Part shown: in pieces, positions 8,027-15,669 of the stretch
Numbering within the stretch: position 1 is the first letter of the stretch
How the letters are laid out: every line of letters starts with the position of its first letter
Assembly: GCA_029262355.1 (NCBI GenBank)
Contig: JAJCZO010000264.1
Coordinates: 19,257-83,256, forward strand
Direction: 5' to 3'
DNA length: 64,000 bases
Source of the DNA: Deltaproteobacteria bacterium
GTDB taxonomy: Bacteria > Desulfobacterota > Binatia > UBA12015
The notes under the pieces: model-generated
Database searches by the model: none
Told to the model about the DNA's origin: nothing
Seen by the model: only the letters and a program-made list of their open reading frames with translations
Program-made: the position numbers and the translations under genes

Positions 8027-8617
8027 TCAGAGGCGCGTTCGCAGGATCCGGCGAAGGTCGCGCAATCGCTCGTGTAGGGCAGGACGTCGAGCCTTCTTCG
8101 CGATGAGTACGGAGTCGTGCCAGAGGTTGCTGCTGTCGGCATAGTCGGCGTCTTCCCAGCGCGTTTCGACCTCGAGCGGCTCCAGGCCGGCGTACGTTGC
8201 GAGTGCGCGCAGGCCGTCCGGGTAAAACCGCCAGCAGTCGACGGGGTATCGATGCTCGGGCCCCGACGACGGAGCGACGAGACAGCAGAGTCCTCCGGGT
8301 TTCAGGACCCGGTCGATCTCGTCGATGGTTCGCCAGAACAGCTCGGTATGCTCGAGGGCTTGTCCGGAGACCACGACGTCGACCGAGCGCGTCTTGAACG
8401 CGGTCCACCGGTAGGGCTCGGTCACGACGACGTCGACATTGCGGCCCGACTCGCGATCCATCCCGAGGTAGGTCCACGAGGGCACGTCGAAGAGAGGGCG
8501 GAAGGAACCGTTCACGTCGAGGCTGCCGTAGTCGAGAATGACCATCGGATCTTGCTCACGACCGTCGAGATACTGGCCGCGAAACCGCTGCATGAGGTCG
8601 TACGAGCTTTGGTGCAT
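8027..8617 (-). CDS. class I SAM-dependent methyltransferase
   Basis: 'VILDYGSLDVNG' and 'VVSGQALEHTELFWRTIDEIDRVLKPGGLCCLVAP'. Confidence 0.85.
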   Translation of the reverse strand: MHQSSYDLMQRFRGQYLDGREQDPMVILDYGSLDVNGSFRPLFDVPSWTYLGMDRESGRNVDVVVTEPYRWTAFKTRSVDVVVSGQALEHTELFWRTIDEIDRVLKPGGLCCLVAPSSGPEHRYPVDCWRFYPDGLRALATYAGLEPLEVETRWEDADYADSSNLWHDSVLIAKKARRPALHERLRDLRRILRTRL

Positions 8618-8627
8618 GAGAGTCCGT

Positions 8628-10070
8628 TCAGCCGCGTCTCGGTTTGAGTGCTCGCAGCCATTCGAGCGCTCGCCAGCCCTTCGATTCGAAGACCTGTCGT
8701 AGCATTTCCTCGAGCGACCGCGCGTGCGCCGCGGTCGCTTCGACTTGGGTTTCGAGTCCGGCGACGTGGTCGGCGAGCGCGGTGTTCTCGTTGGCGAGCG
8801 CCGCGTTCTGGTCCGCCAGTGACGCGTTCTGGTTTCGCAGCGCGTCGGTCTCGGCTGCGTGCTGGGTTCGCTGCTCCTGGTTCTCGGCCTGGAGCGTGTC
8901 GATCTGCTCCCGCGCCAACGCGTAGTCCCGCGACGCGGGCCAATCCATCTCCACCAGGACCTGACGACCGGGGCCGGCCGGGAGTGGCCTTTCGAGAGGG
9001 AGCTGGAGGAAGGGATCTTCGGTCCGCATCAAAAACCCGCCGTCGGGGCCGCCCAATGCGAGGATCCCATCCATCGTCGCCGCTTCGGCGATCGCCTGAG
9101 GACCATCGAGGCGCAGTACGGTCTCCTCGCCGGTCCGGATTTCGATGGAGTAGAGGTGTGCAAAGCCTGGCCCCTCGGCGGGGTCCAGACGCAAGACGCC
9201 GATCGGTTCTTCGTCGGGCAGCGCGAAGGAGAGCCTCTGGCGGCCGTGCCCGAGCGTTCCGAAAGCCGAGAGGTGTCGATCCTCGCTGGTGGGACCGCCG
9301 GGGGTCGCCCAGTAGAGCTTTGCCCGGTACCGAAGCTCTGGCGCGATCTGTGCGGGCCGCAGCGCGTCCCATTCTTCATCGGGCATGGAACCCACCCGCG
9401 CCCGCGTGACGAACTGGTAGGTCAACGCGTCGGGGTGATGCAGGAGCTCGGTTCTGAGCGAGGCCGACAGCTGGTCGAACCGACGCTGAAACTCAGTCGT
9501 CTCGGGCATTCGCACGATCGTATCGATGCTCTCGACTCGGAAGCCCGCTCCGCGAACCAGCGCCAGCACACTCTCTCTGGTGAAAAACCAGCGGTGGGTT
9601 CGGTCCAGGATGCCGAAGCCGCCGTACGGAAAGCGGCCTTTCATGAGCTCCAACAGAACGGCCGCGTGACCGACGTTCGGGAGGGATAGGAGAAGTTCCC
9701 CGCCCGGCTTGAGGCGCTCGCGGCACTGCTCGAGCACCCGGGCCGGGTCCTCGAGGTGCTCGAGGACGTCGGCCGCGATGACCAGATCGTACGTGCGGCC
9801 CCCGCTGCGTTCGCCCAGCTCCGTCGTGTCGAGATCGGCCTCCCACACGTTGCGCGCCCATGAGCGCGCGCTGGCGGCCATCTCGGGGGATCGCTCGACG
9901 CAGTCGACCTGGCACCCCAGGGCCTCACGCAAGTGTTGCGTCAGCGTTCCTGGCCCGGGGCCGAGCTCGAGGACTTCCGAGCCCGCAGAGACCGCGCGTG
10001 CGATCGTCGCGAGAGAGTCGCTCGTGGTCGGGTCGAGCCTCAGCGGGGTGCCCGGACCGGACGCGGCCAT
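8628..10070 (-). CDS. SAM-dependent methyltransferase with central unknown domain and C-terminal coiled coil (WbdD-like chain-terminator architecture)
   Basis: 'VLELGPGPGTLTQHL' (motif I) and 'VIAADVLEHLEDPARVLEQCRERLKPGGELLLSLPN'. The middle domain contains 'IGVLRLDPAEGPGFAHLYSIEI'. The last ~94 aa form heptad repeats 'LRNQNASLADQNAALANENTALADHVAGLE' and end in 'SKGWRALEWLRAL'. Confidence 0.85.
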   Translation of the reverse strand: MAASGPGTPLRLDPTTSDSLATIARAVSAGSEVLELGPGPGTLTQHLREALGCQVDCVERSPEMAASARSWARNVWEADLDTTELGERSGGRTYDLVIAADVLEHLEDPARVLEQCRERLKPGGELLLSLPNVGHAAVLLELMKGRFPYGGFGILDRTHRWFFTRESVLALVRGAGFRVESIDTIVRMPETTEFQRRFDQLSASLRTELLHHPDALTYQFVTRARVGSMPDEEWDALRPAQIAPELRYRAKLYWATPGGPTSEDRHLSAFGTLGHGRQRLSFALPDEEPIGVLRLDPAEGPGFAHLYSIEIRTGEETVLRLDGPQAIAEAATMDGILALGGPDGGFLMRTEDPFLQLPLERPLPAGPGRQVLVEMDWPASRDYALAREQIDTLQAENQEQRTQHAAETDALRNQNASLADQNAALANENTALADHVAGLETQVEATAAHARSLEEMLRQVFESKGWRALEWLRALKPRRG

Positions 10071-10169
10071 GTGCGGTCGCAGCCGTCAGTGGCTGCGATC
10101 ATCCCCCCGACCCATGAAGGCTCGCTTACCACACGCCGGTGCCGCGAATCCAGGAACGGACGTGCCGGT

Positions 10170-10658
10170 TTAGGGGGCCTGCTCCTTGAAGTAGCCCGTT
10201 CCGTCGAGAATGACGCCGCTGGTTTGGTCGACCGGAGCGGTCGCAAGGTGGATGGCCAGGTCGTCCGAGAGCGCCGGACCCAGGGGCACCACGCCACCGT
10301 TGCCTCGGACGTCGCCGGCTGAGAAATTGAGGGACGACACGACCGGACGGACCGCATTCGACGGGCAGAGCGTGATGAATCCCGGTGCGTCGGGCAGGAC
10401 GATCGTCACGTTGTACGAAAGCGCCGTCGCATCGATCGGGATTCCGCACTCGCCTTTCACGGTGATCGTGCGGTCTGGTGTCGCGCCCGTGTGGTCGTGT
10501 ACGAGCGGTGTGCCTGGGGGGTCGAAGCTGCTGAAGATGCGGCACGGCGTGATCGGGAAATACTGGGACGGGTTCTGCGCGAATACGGGAGTGGCCGTGA
10601 TGAGGAGAACGGCGATCGCACTGAGCACGCTCCGTGGGTTTCTGGTGAGTGAGCGCAT
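10170..10658 (-). CDS. small secreted protein, paralogue of the S8 peptidase C-terminal domain
   Basis: Trimmed to the ATG at 10658, which is preceded by GGAGG (GGAGGTAACTAAAATG). Signal peptide 'MRSLTRNPRSVLSAIAVLLITATPVFA'. The mature part aligns with residues ~648-772 of the adjacent peptidase (TPCR, G-x-CGIP, GFIT, RPVVS-x-NF, D-x-x-GYF). Confidence 0.75.
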   Translation of the reverse strand: MRSLTRNPRSVLSAIAVLLITATPVFAQNPSQYFPITPCRIFSSFDPPGTPLVHDHTGATPDRTITVKGECGIPIDATALSYNVTIVLPDAPGFITLCPSNAVRPVVSSLNFSAGDVRGNGGVVPLGPALSDDLAIHLATAPVDQTSGVILDGTGYFKEQAP

Positions 10659-10678
10659 TTTAGTTACCTCCACTTTGG

Positions 10679-12997
10679 TCACTCGAAGTATCCGTTGACG
10701 TCGATGATGAGATGAAGTGTGCCCGTAGGACTGAAGATCCGGATGTTTCCGGTCCCGTTCGACGCGAGTTTGATGAATGCGTTGTTGTTGATGACGCCGC
10801 CGACGCCGAAGTTTACGGCGCTGACGACGGGACGGAGCCCGTCGGCCGGGAAGGGGGTGATGAAGCCCCCAACGGTGGGGTTTACGACCGTTATGATGGC
10901 GGAAACGGCGCGAGCGGTCGATGGGATTCCGCACGTGCCCCCCACGGGGAAGACCCGCTCGACACCGCCGATGATCTGCTCCGGGGCGCCTCCGCCGGGG
11001 CCCGGGTCTGAGAAGGTGTTGATGCTGCGGCACGGCGTGACGGTGTAGAAATCGAGCGGGCCGGGGTCGTCCTCGTAGAGTGAGGCGGGCACCTTGGCCA
11101 TCCCGGCGCCGCTCAGGTCGTCGACGCCGACGTCGTCGGAGTCGATCGCGGCGTTGATGAGCCACTGCTTCATCTGCGCCGGCGTCAGCAAGGGCAGGCT
11201 GTTCTCCGCGCGGTCGTGCTGGATCAGCGCGGCGATGCCAGCGACGTGGGCGGAGGCGGCCGAGGTGCCGTTGAACGTCCAGTCGAGGACAAAATTGGAC
11301 CAGACGACGGCCGCGTTCTCGACGATGCCGGGGCCGCCGAGGTCGGGCTTCTGGCCACCCGATGCGGCGGGGCCCTGTGAGCTCGTCTCCGTGACTTCGT
11401 CTTCGAAGAACGCGTCGATCTCGGCGACCGTGATCGCGTTCGCGACGACCGCGAGGTCAGATAGGCTGCCTGGTGTGGTGAAGAACAACAAGTCCTCGAC
11501 ACCGACGCCGCAGGCGATTCGGAAATTAGGCCAGGTTCCGAGCGGGGTGTTGGGATCCGTGTAGCGCACGGACAGGTAGTGCAGCTGCTCGTCGAAGTCG
11601 CCATCGAAGAGACTGATGGGCTTGGTGAAGGAAATACCGAGGTTCTTCTCGGTGCTCGTGACCGGTACGGCGCCGCTGTCGCCCGGGCAGATGGGCTCGT
11701 CATTCTCGGAGCCCTCGTCGAACCTGTGCAGGCGGAACTTGAACTTCGTTGGGTCGAACCCCGCTTCGATCGCGCTCCAGCACGTCATGTCGAAGTTCTC
11801 TGCGTCGTAGTGGTCGTCGTCGAAGGTGATCGCGTTCAGCGCGCTCTCGTCGAAGTCGTCTTCGAACTTGTGATAGCCGAGATTATTGCTGGCGTCGTTG
11901 CAGATGTAGTCGGGGTGCGTGTCGACGCACTCGGCGCACGGCACGTACTGGTCCGCCAGGTGGCTCTTCGCCTCGTTGCCCGCCGCAACGATCACGACGC
12001 TGCCGAGCGCAACCGCGTAGTCGACGTCGTCGGTGAAGCGGTTGGTACCGCCCGCGCCGGTGCCGACGGGGTCACCCATCGTTTCGATATGGGTCAGCGG
12101 AACGTGGATGATGTCGAAGCCCTGGTCGGCCGCGTGGCGAATCGCGAACTCGATGCCGGGGATACTTTTCACGCTGTAGAGCTTGATCGTGGCGCCCGGC
12201 GCCATTTCGTAGACGACCTCGGCCGAGGCCGCGCCGTGCTCCCGGTCGCCCTGGCTGTCGACGGATATGTTGTTGAACGTGCACGGCGGTTTAGCGGTCA
12301 CAGGATCATCGTCACAGTTTGATGTGGCCTGCAGGAACATGTCGCTGACCGGGATCGAGTAGAGCTCGTCCTCTGGGTCGGCGATGGTGGTGTCGAGGAA
12401 CTCGTAGTCTCGATCGATGATTGCGACCGTGATGCCCGATCCGAGGATGGGGGGCACGGCGATATGTGCGAGATCGGCCCCGGTCGCCTCGATGCCCTCA
12501 CTGTCGAACAGGCCGGCGGAGATGGGAGCGACCGGCGGGCGGATCTTCTTGATGAACTCCAGCTCTGCCAGATCGCGCTTCGCGTGCACCGGCATCCACA
12601 CTTCGAGCGAGTCGAAGTTCACGACCGACGACGGCCCGAGGTCGACGCCGTGGCTCGCGAGAATCGCGAGTGTCTCGCCCAGGGTGTCGCGCGGCTCGAA
12701 GGAGCGGAACAGCGGCAGCTTGGACTGGGTGGCCTCTGCGATCGCTTGGAGGCGGTCGGCACTGGCGGCGCGATCGGCCGGCGGCAGGGCGGTGGGGTCG
12801 AGCAGGATGTCGACGCGCCGCATCTCCGGCGCCTCCTGTGCAACGGCTTCCGCTCCCGCGACGCCCCCGGCGGCCAGCCAGGCCAACAGGGCGGCCAGCA
12901 GGAGTCCGGCGAGGAACATCCACGAGGGTTCGTCTTGGGCAGTGGCCACCCGTGCGACGCAATTCGGCCGCGGGTTTCTATTCCTGCGAAGCTTCAA
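10679..12997 (-). CDS. secreted S8 (subtilisin-family) serine peptidase with large insert and C-terminal ~125-aa domain
   Basis: TTG start with a strong SD (AAGGAGACACCGTTG) and an N-terminal hydrophobic signal. Catalytic triad contexts are 'ITVAIIDRD' (Asp), 'EHGAASAEVV' (His) and 'NGTSAASAHVAGIAALI' (Ser). A ~220-aa acidic insert lies between the Asn and Ser regions. Confidence 0.9.
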   Translation of the reverse strand: MKLRRNRNPRPNCVARVATAQDEPSWMFLAGLLLAALLAWLAAGGVAGAEAVAQEAPEMRRVDILLDPTALPPADRAASADRLQAIAEATQSKLPLFRSFEPRDTLGETLAILASHGVDLGPSSVVNFDSLEVWMPVHAKRDLAELEFIKKIRPPVAPISAGLFDSEGIEATGADLAHIAVPPILGSGITVAIIDRDYEFLDTTIADPEDELYSIPVSDMFLQATSNCDDDPVTAKPPCTFNNISVDSQGDREHGAASAEVVYEMAPGATIKLYSVKSIPGIEFAIRHAADQGFDIIHVPLTHIETMGDPVGTGAGGTNRFTDDVDYAVALGSVVIVAAGNEAKSHLADQYVPCAECVDTHPDYICNDASNNLGYHKFEDDFDESALNAITFDDDHYDAENFDMTCWSAIEAGFDPTKFKFRLHRFDEGSENDEPICPGDSGAVPVTSTEKNLGISFTKPISLFDGDFDEQLHYLSVRYTDPNTPLGTWPNFRIACGVGVEDLLFFTTPGSLSDLAVVANAITVAEIDAFFEDEVTETSSQGPAASGGQKPDLGGPGIVENAAVVWSNFVLDWTFNGTSAASAHVAGIAALIQHDRAENSLPLLTPAQMKQWLINAAIDSDDVGVDDLSGAGMAKVPASLYEDDPGPLDFYTVTPCRSINTFSDPGPGGGAPEQIIGGVERVFPVGGTCGIPSTARAVSAIITVVNPTVGGFITPFPADGLRPVVSAVNFGVGGVINNNAFIKLASNGTGNIRIFSPTGTLHLIIDVNGYFE

Positions 12998-13500
12998 CGG
13001 TGTCTCCTTGGGGTGAGCGACGTGGTGTCAGGAGATGAGGGGTGCAGAGAACGGCTGGAGGGGAGGGGGAGGGGGACGTCGCCTGGAGATACAAGCAACG
13101 CCGGTGCCGTACTTTCATAGGGAATACCGCCCTCTTGGCTGCCAATTTCGTTGCAAAATTGCACGATCCCGCGTCATTGAGGCATGGCTCGATAGCGCAT
13201 GCCTGACGCGGTGTCGCCGAGCGGCAACCGAGTGTCGCGCGGCAGACACAGGTCGGCGTCGCCCTGGGAGGCCTGCGACGTGGCATCCGCGCACGGCCTT
13301 GCCGGGTTTGTCGTCGCCAAACGGCCCTCCTCGCCGATGGGAGGACACGTGCCCCGATGCACGGTCGGGCGAGCGCGCGACGGCGTCGGCCGAGCGAAAC
13401 GGGGTGCGCGGACGGCCCCGAGAGCTCTTCTCCGAGTTCCTCGCCATAGGATGGGGCGTTTTCTGGCTTCAGCATCGCGGGTTGGGTAACGTTCCCCGCT

Positions 13501-14292
13501 GTGTTCGATCCTGCCCTGAGCCTGAGCGGCTTCGTGGTCGGCGTTCTCGTCGGGCTCACCGGGGTGGGCGGCGGCGCCATCATGACCCCCCTGCTCATCC
13601 TGCTCTTCGGGATCGCGCCAACCCATGCGGTGGGAACGGATCTCGCGTACGCGACGATCACCAAGGTTTTCGGCTCGGTCTCGTACATCCGGCGCGGACA
13701 GGTGAACTTCCCGTACGTGCGCTGGCTCATCGTCGGCTCCGTTCCGATGTCGCTGTTCGGCGTACTGGTGTTCATGCCGTGGTTGGTGTCGCAGGGGATC
13801 GACGTCGAGAACCTGATCGCCCGGGTTCTGGGCGTGATGCTCTTGATCGTGGGTGTGGTGAGCATCCTCGAGCATGGGCTGTTCAACGGCCAGCTGCGCG
13901 ACTCGCGCTTGATCCGCAATCGCCACGTTCAGAAGCGCTTCAAGGAGCCGATCCTGGTCGTTGGAGGCGGGCTGATCGGTCTCGGGGTTGGGCTGACGTC
14001 GGTCGGCTCGGGCTCGATGCTGATGGCGATCCTGCTGCTGGTCTCGGAGCTTCCGATCCTCGTTCTCATCGGGACCGACATCGTGCACGCCACGATCCTG
14101 TTGGGGGCGGCGGGTCTCGCGCACTGGTCGCAGGGCCACACCGACTGGGCCATCGTCGGTGCACTCTTGATCGGGTCGATTCCCGGGGTTTGGGTCGGGA
14201 GCAAGCTGTCGCAGTACGTTCCGACGACGCCGCTGCGCATCCTGCTCGCGCTGATTCTCATTGGAACCGGCCTGAAGCTGGCGCTCGGATAG
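13501..14292 (+). CDS. TauE/SafE family sulfite-exporter-like membrane protein
   Basis: 'GVLVGLTGVGGGAIMTPLLILLFG' and the duplicated second half 'GGLIGLGVGLTSVGSGSMLMAILLL' are typical of the 4-TM-repeat TauE/SafE family. Confidence 0.85.
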   Translation: MFDPALSLSGFVVGVLVGLTGVGGGAIMTPLLILLFGIAPTHAVGTDLAYATITKVFGSVSYIRRGQVNFPYVRWLIVGSVPMSLFGVLVFMPWLVSQGIDVENLIARVLGVMLLIVGVVSILEHGLFNGQLRDSRLIRNRHVQKRFKEPILVVGGGLIGLGVGLTSVGSGSMLMAILLLVSELPILVLIGTDIVHATILLGAAGLAHWSQGHTDWAIVGALLIGSIPGVWVGSKLSQYVPTTPLRILLALILIGTGLKLALG

Positions 14293-14394
14293 GCGCGGCA
14301 CGGGAGCGCACGCGTGGTCCGTCGAGCAATCTGAGACCGGCCGCGCTTCTCCCAGCGGGTTGGGTGGGGGGCCGGGTCTGCTAGACCCCCGCCG

Positions 14395-15666
14395 ATGACC
14401 GGCGTGAGTTCGATCGGGCTCTACCTGCCGCGCCAGCGCGTGTCGGGGGCAAGTGGCCAGCGCAGCGTGGCGTACGCGGACGAAGATGCGTTCACCATGG
14501 CCGTCGAAGCCGCCCACCGGTGCTTGGAGGAGGTGGAGCCTCTGACGTTCGGCGGGCTCTTCTTCGCGTCTGTCACATCGCCCTACCGCGAGAGCCAACT
14601 CTCCAGTGCCATTGCGACGGCCTGCGATCTTCCTCGCGACATCGTGACCGCGGACTTCACCGGATCCGTCCGCTCGGGGCTCGCGGCTCTGACCGCCGCG
14701 GTGCGTGCGGTAGAAGCAGGGGTGCGGAAGGTTCTCGTCGTCACGGCCGACTGCCGACGTGCACACAGCGGAGATGGCGCCGTCGCGGTGGTCGTGGACG
14801 CGAAGGCTCGGCTCTGCCGGTTTCTGGCTGCGGCCGCGGTCGCAGAGGACTTCATGTTCCAGGTCGTGGAGTCGGACACCGGCGACGCGCGCCGGTCGCT
14901 GCGCGACACGGCGGAAGTCGTCGAGCGCGTGATCAACGAGTACGGCGTTGGGGCGGACCAGCTCGCGGCCCTCGCTGTGGGAGGTGTGGGCGACGAAGTG
15001 GCGTCGCGTCTCGCCGACCTCGTCGGCGTCGACGCGGAGCGCCACCTCGCGATCGGGCACCGCGGCGCGGTTGGGTCGCTGGGGTCGCCCGAGCCGCTGT
15101 TGGGGCTCGCCGGTGCTCTCGAGCGGGCGGCCCCCGGAGACCGCATCGTCGTGGCCGCAAACGGTCAGGGCGCGGAGGCGGTGCTGTTCGAGGCCACGGA
15201 CGCCGTCGGGATGGGGCTGTGCCGACCGCCGCTGGCGGATGCCGTGCAGCAGATCGAGGCGGAGGCCGCCGGGGCCGCCGCTCCGCTCGTCGGTCCAAGC
15301 GTCTGGGATCCTCCCCGAGGCGCCGGCGAGGCGACTTCGGTACTCCGATCCCTTCAGCGCAGCACCCGCTTGTACGGGACACGGTGCCCGTCGTGCGGTG
15401 GCGTGCAGTTTCCCGAGGCCCAGGAATGCGGCGCGTGCGGGACCCGCGAAGGTCTGGAGCCCGCGAAGCTCGCCAAGCGGGGGTGTGTCGTGGAGATCGA
15501 CGTCGCTGGTGGTCGGGTCACGGTCGAGCTGGAAGGCGGCGGTCGGATCGATCTCGAACCGACGGACGGCAGGCCGGCCGCAGTCGCTGCGCCCGTGCAG
15601 CTCACCTTTCGCCGGGCGGCTCCGACGGCCCCGACACGCTACGCGTGGAAGGTTCGCCTGGCCTGA
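14395..15666 (+). CDS. thiolase-fold (HMG-CoA synthase/KAS III-like) protein fused to DUF35-type zinc-ribbon/OB domain
   Basis: The N-terminus 'IGLYLPRQRV...ADEDAFTMAVEAA...VLVVTADC...GDGAVAVVV' is HMGS-like. The C-terminus 'RCPSCGGVQFPEAQECGACG...' followed by an OB-like segment is DUF35-like. Confidence 0.7.
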   Translation: MTGVSSIGLYLPRQRVSGASGQRSVAYADEDAFTMAVEAAHRCLEEVEPLTFGGLFFASVTSPYRESQLSSAIATACDLPRDIVTADFTGSVRSGLAALTAAVRAVEAGVRKVLVVTADCRRAHSGDGAVAVVVDAKARLCRFLAAAAVAEDFMFQVVESDTGDARRSLRDTAEVVERVINEYGVGADQLAALAVGGVGDEVASRLADLVGVDAERHLAIGHRGAVGSLGSPEPLLGLAGALERAAPGDRIVVAANGQGAEAVLFEATDAVGMGLCRPPLADAVQQIEAEAAGAAAPLVGPSVWDPPRGAGEATSVLRSLQRSTRLYGTRCPSCGGVQFPEAQECGACGTREGLEPAKLAKRGCVVEIDVAGGRVTVELEGGGRIDLEPTDGRPAAVAAPVQLTFRRAAPTAPTRYAWKVRLA

Positions 15667-15669
15667 CGG

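Noticed and set aside
6930-8477. Long N-terminal extensions in the track ORFs at 6930-8477, 15670-18939, 29849-31870, 35392-37419, 51766-54162, 10170-11165 and 33848-34708.
   Set aside because: The extensions are Arg/Pro-rich, overlap the neighbouring upstream gene, and precede internal starts that have SD sequences or ATGA/GTGA coupling and match family N-termini. I trimmed the genes accordingly.
8770-8840. A ~21-nt periodic DNA repeat (GCGTTCTGGT-type units) that could be mistaken for a tandem repeat or mini-CRISPR. GGCCTTCTTGGCAGC-type repeats occur at 18400-18470, and GCCGCCGAGGC-type repeats at 61310-61370.
   Set aside because: All are in-frame coding repeats: coiled-coil heptads, a Lys/Ala tail and an Ala/Glu linker. 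None has spacer/repeat architecture.
13056-13076. The G-run GGAGGGGAGGGGGAGGGGGA as a G-quadruplex element.
   Set aside because: Only three tracts have three or more G. Such runs are common in high-GC DNA. I have no evidence of function, so it is mentioned only within the long-intergenic finding.
13136-13155. TGGCTGCCAATTTCGTTGCA, a sigma-54-like TGGC...TTGC element upstream of the protease/TauE genes. A similar TGGCCCGAGTTGCG occurs at ~20840.
   Set aside because: The GG-to-GC spacing is 16 and 10 nt respectively. It is 12 nt in the canonical -24/-12 promoter (TGGCAC-N5-TTGC).
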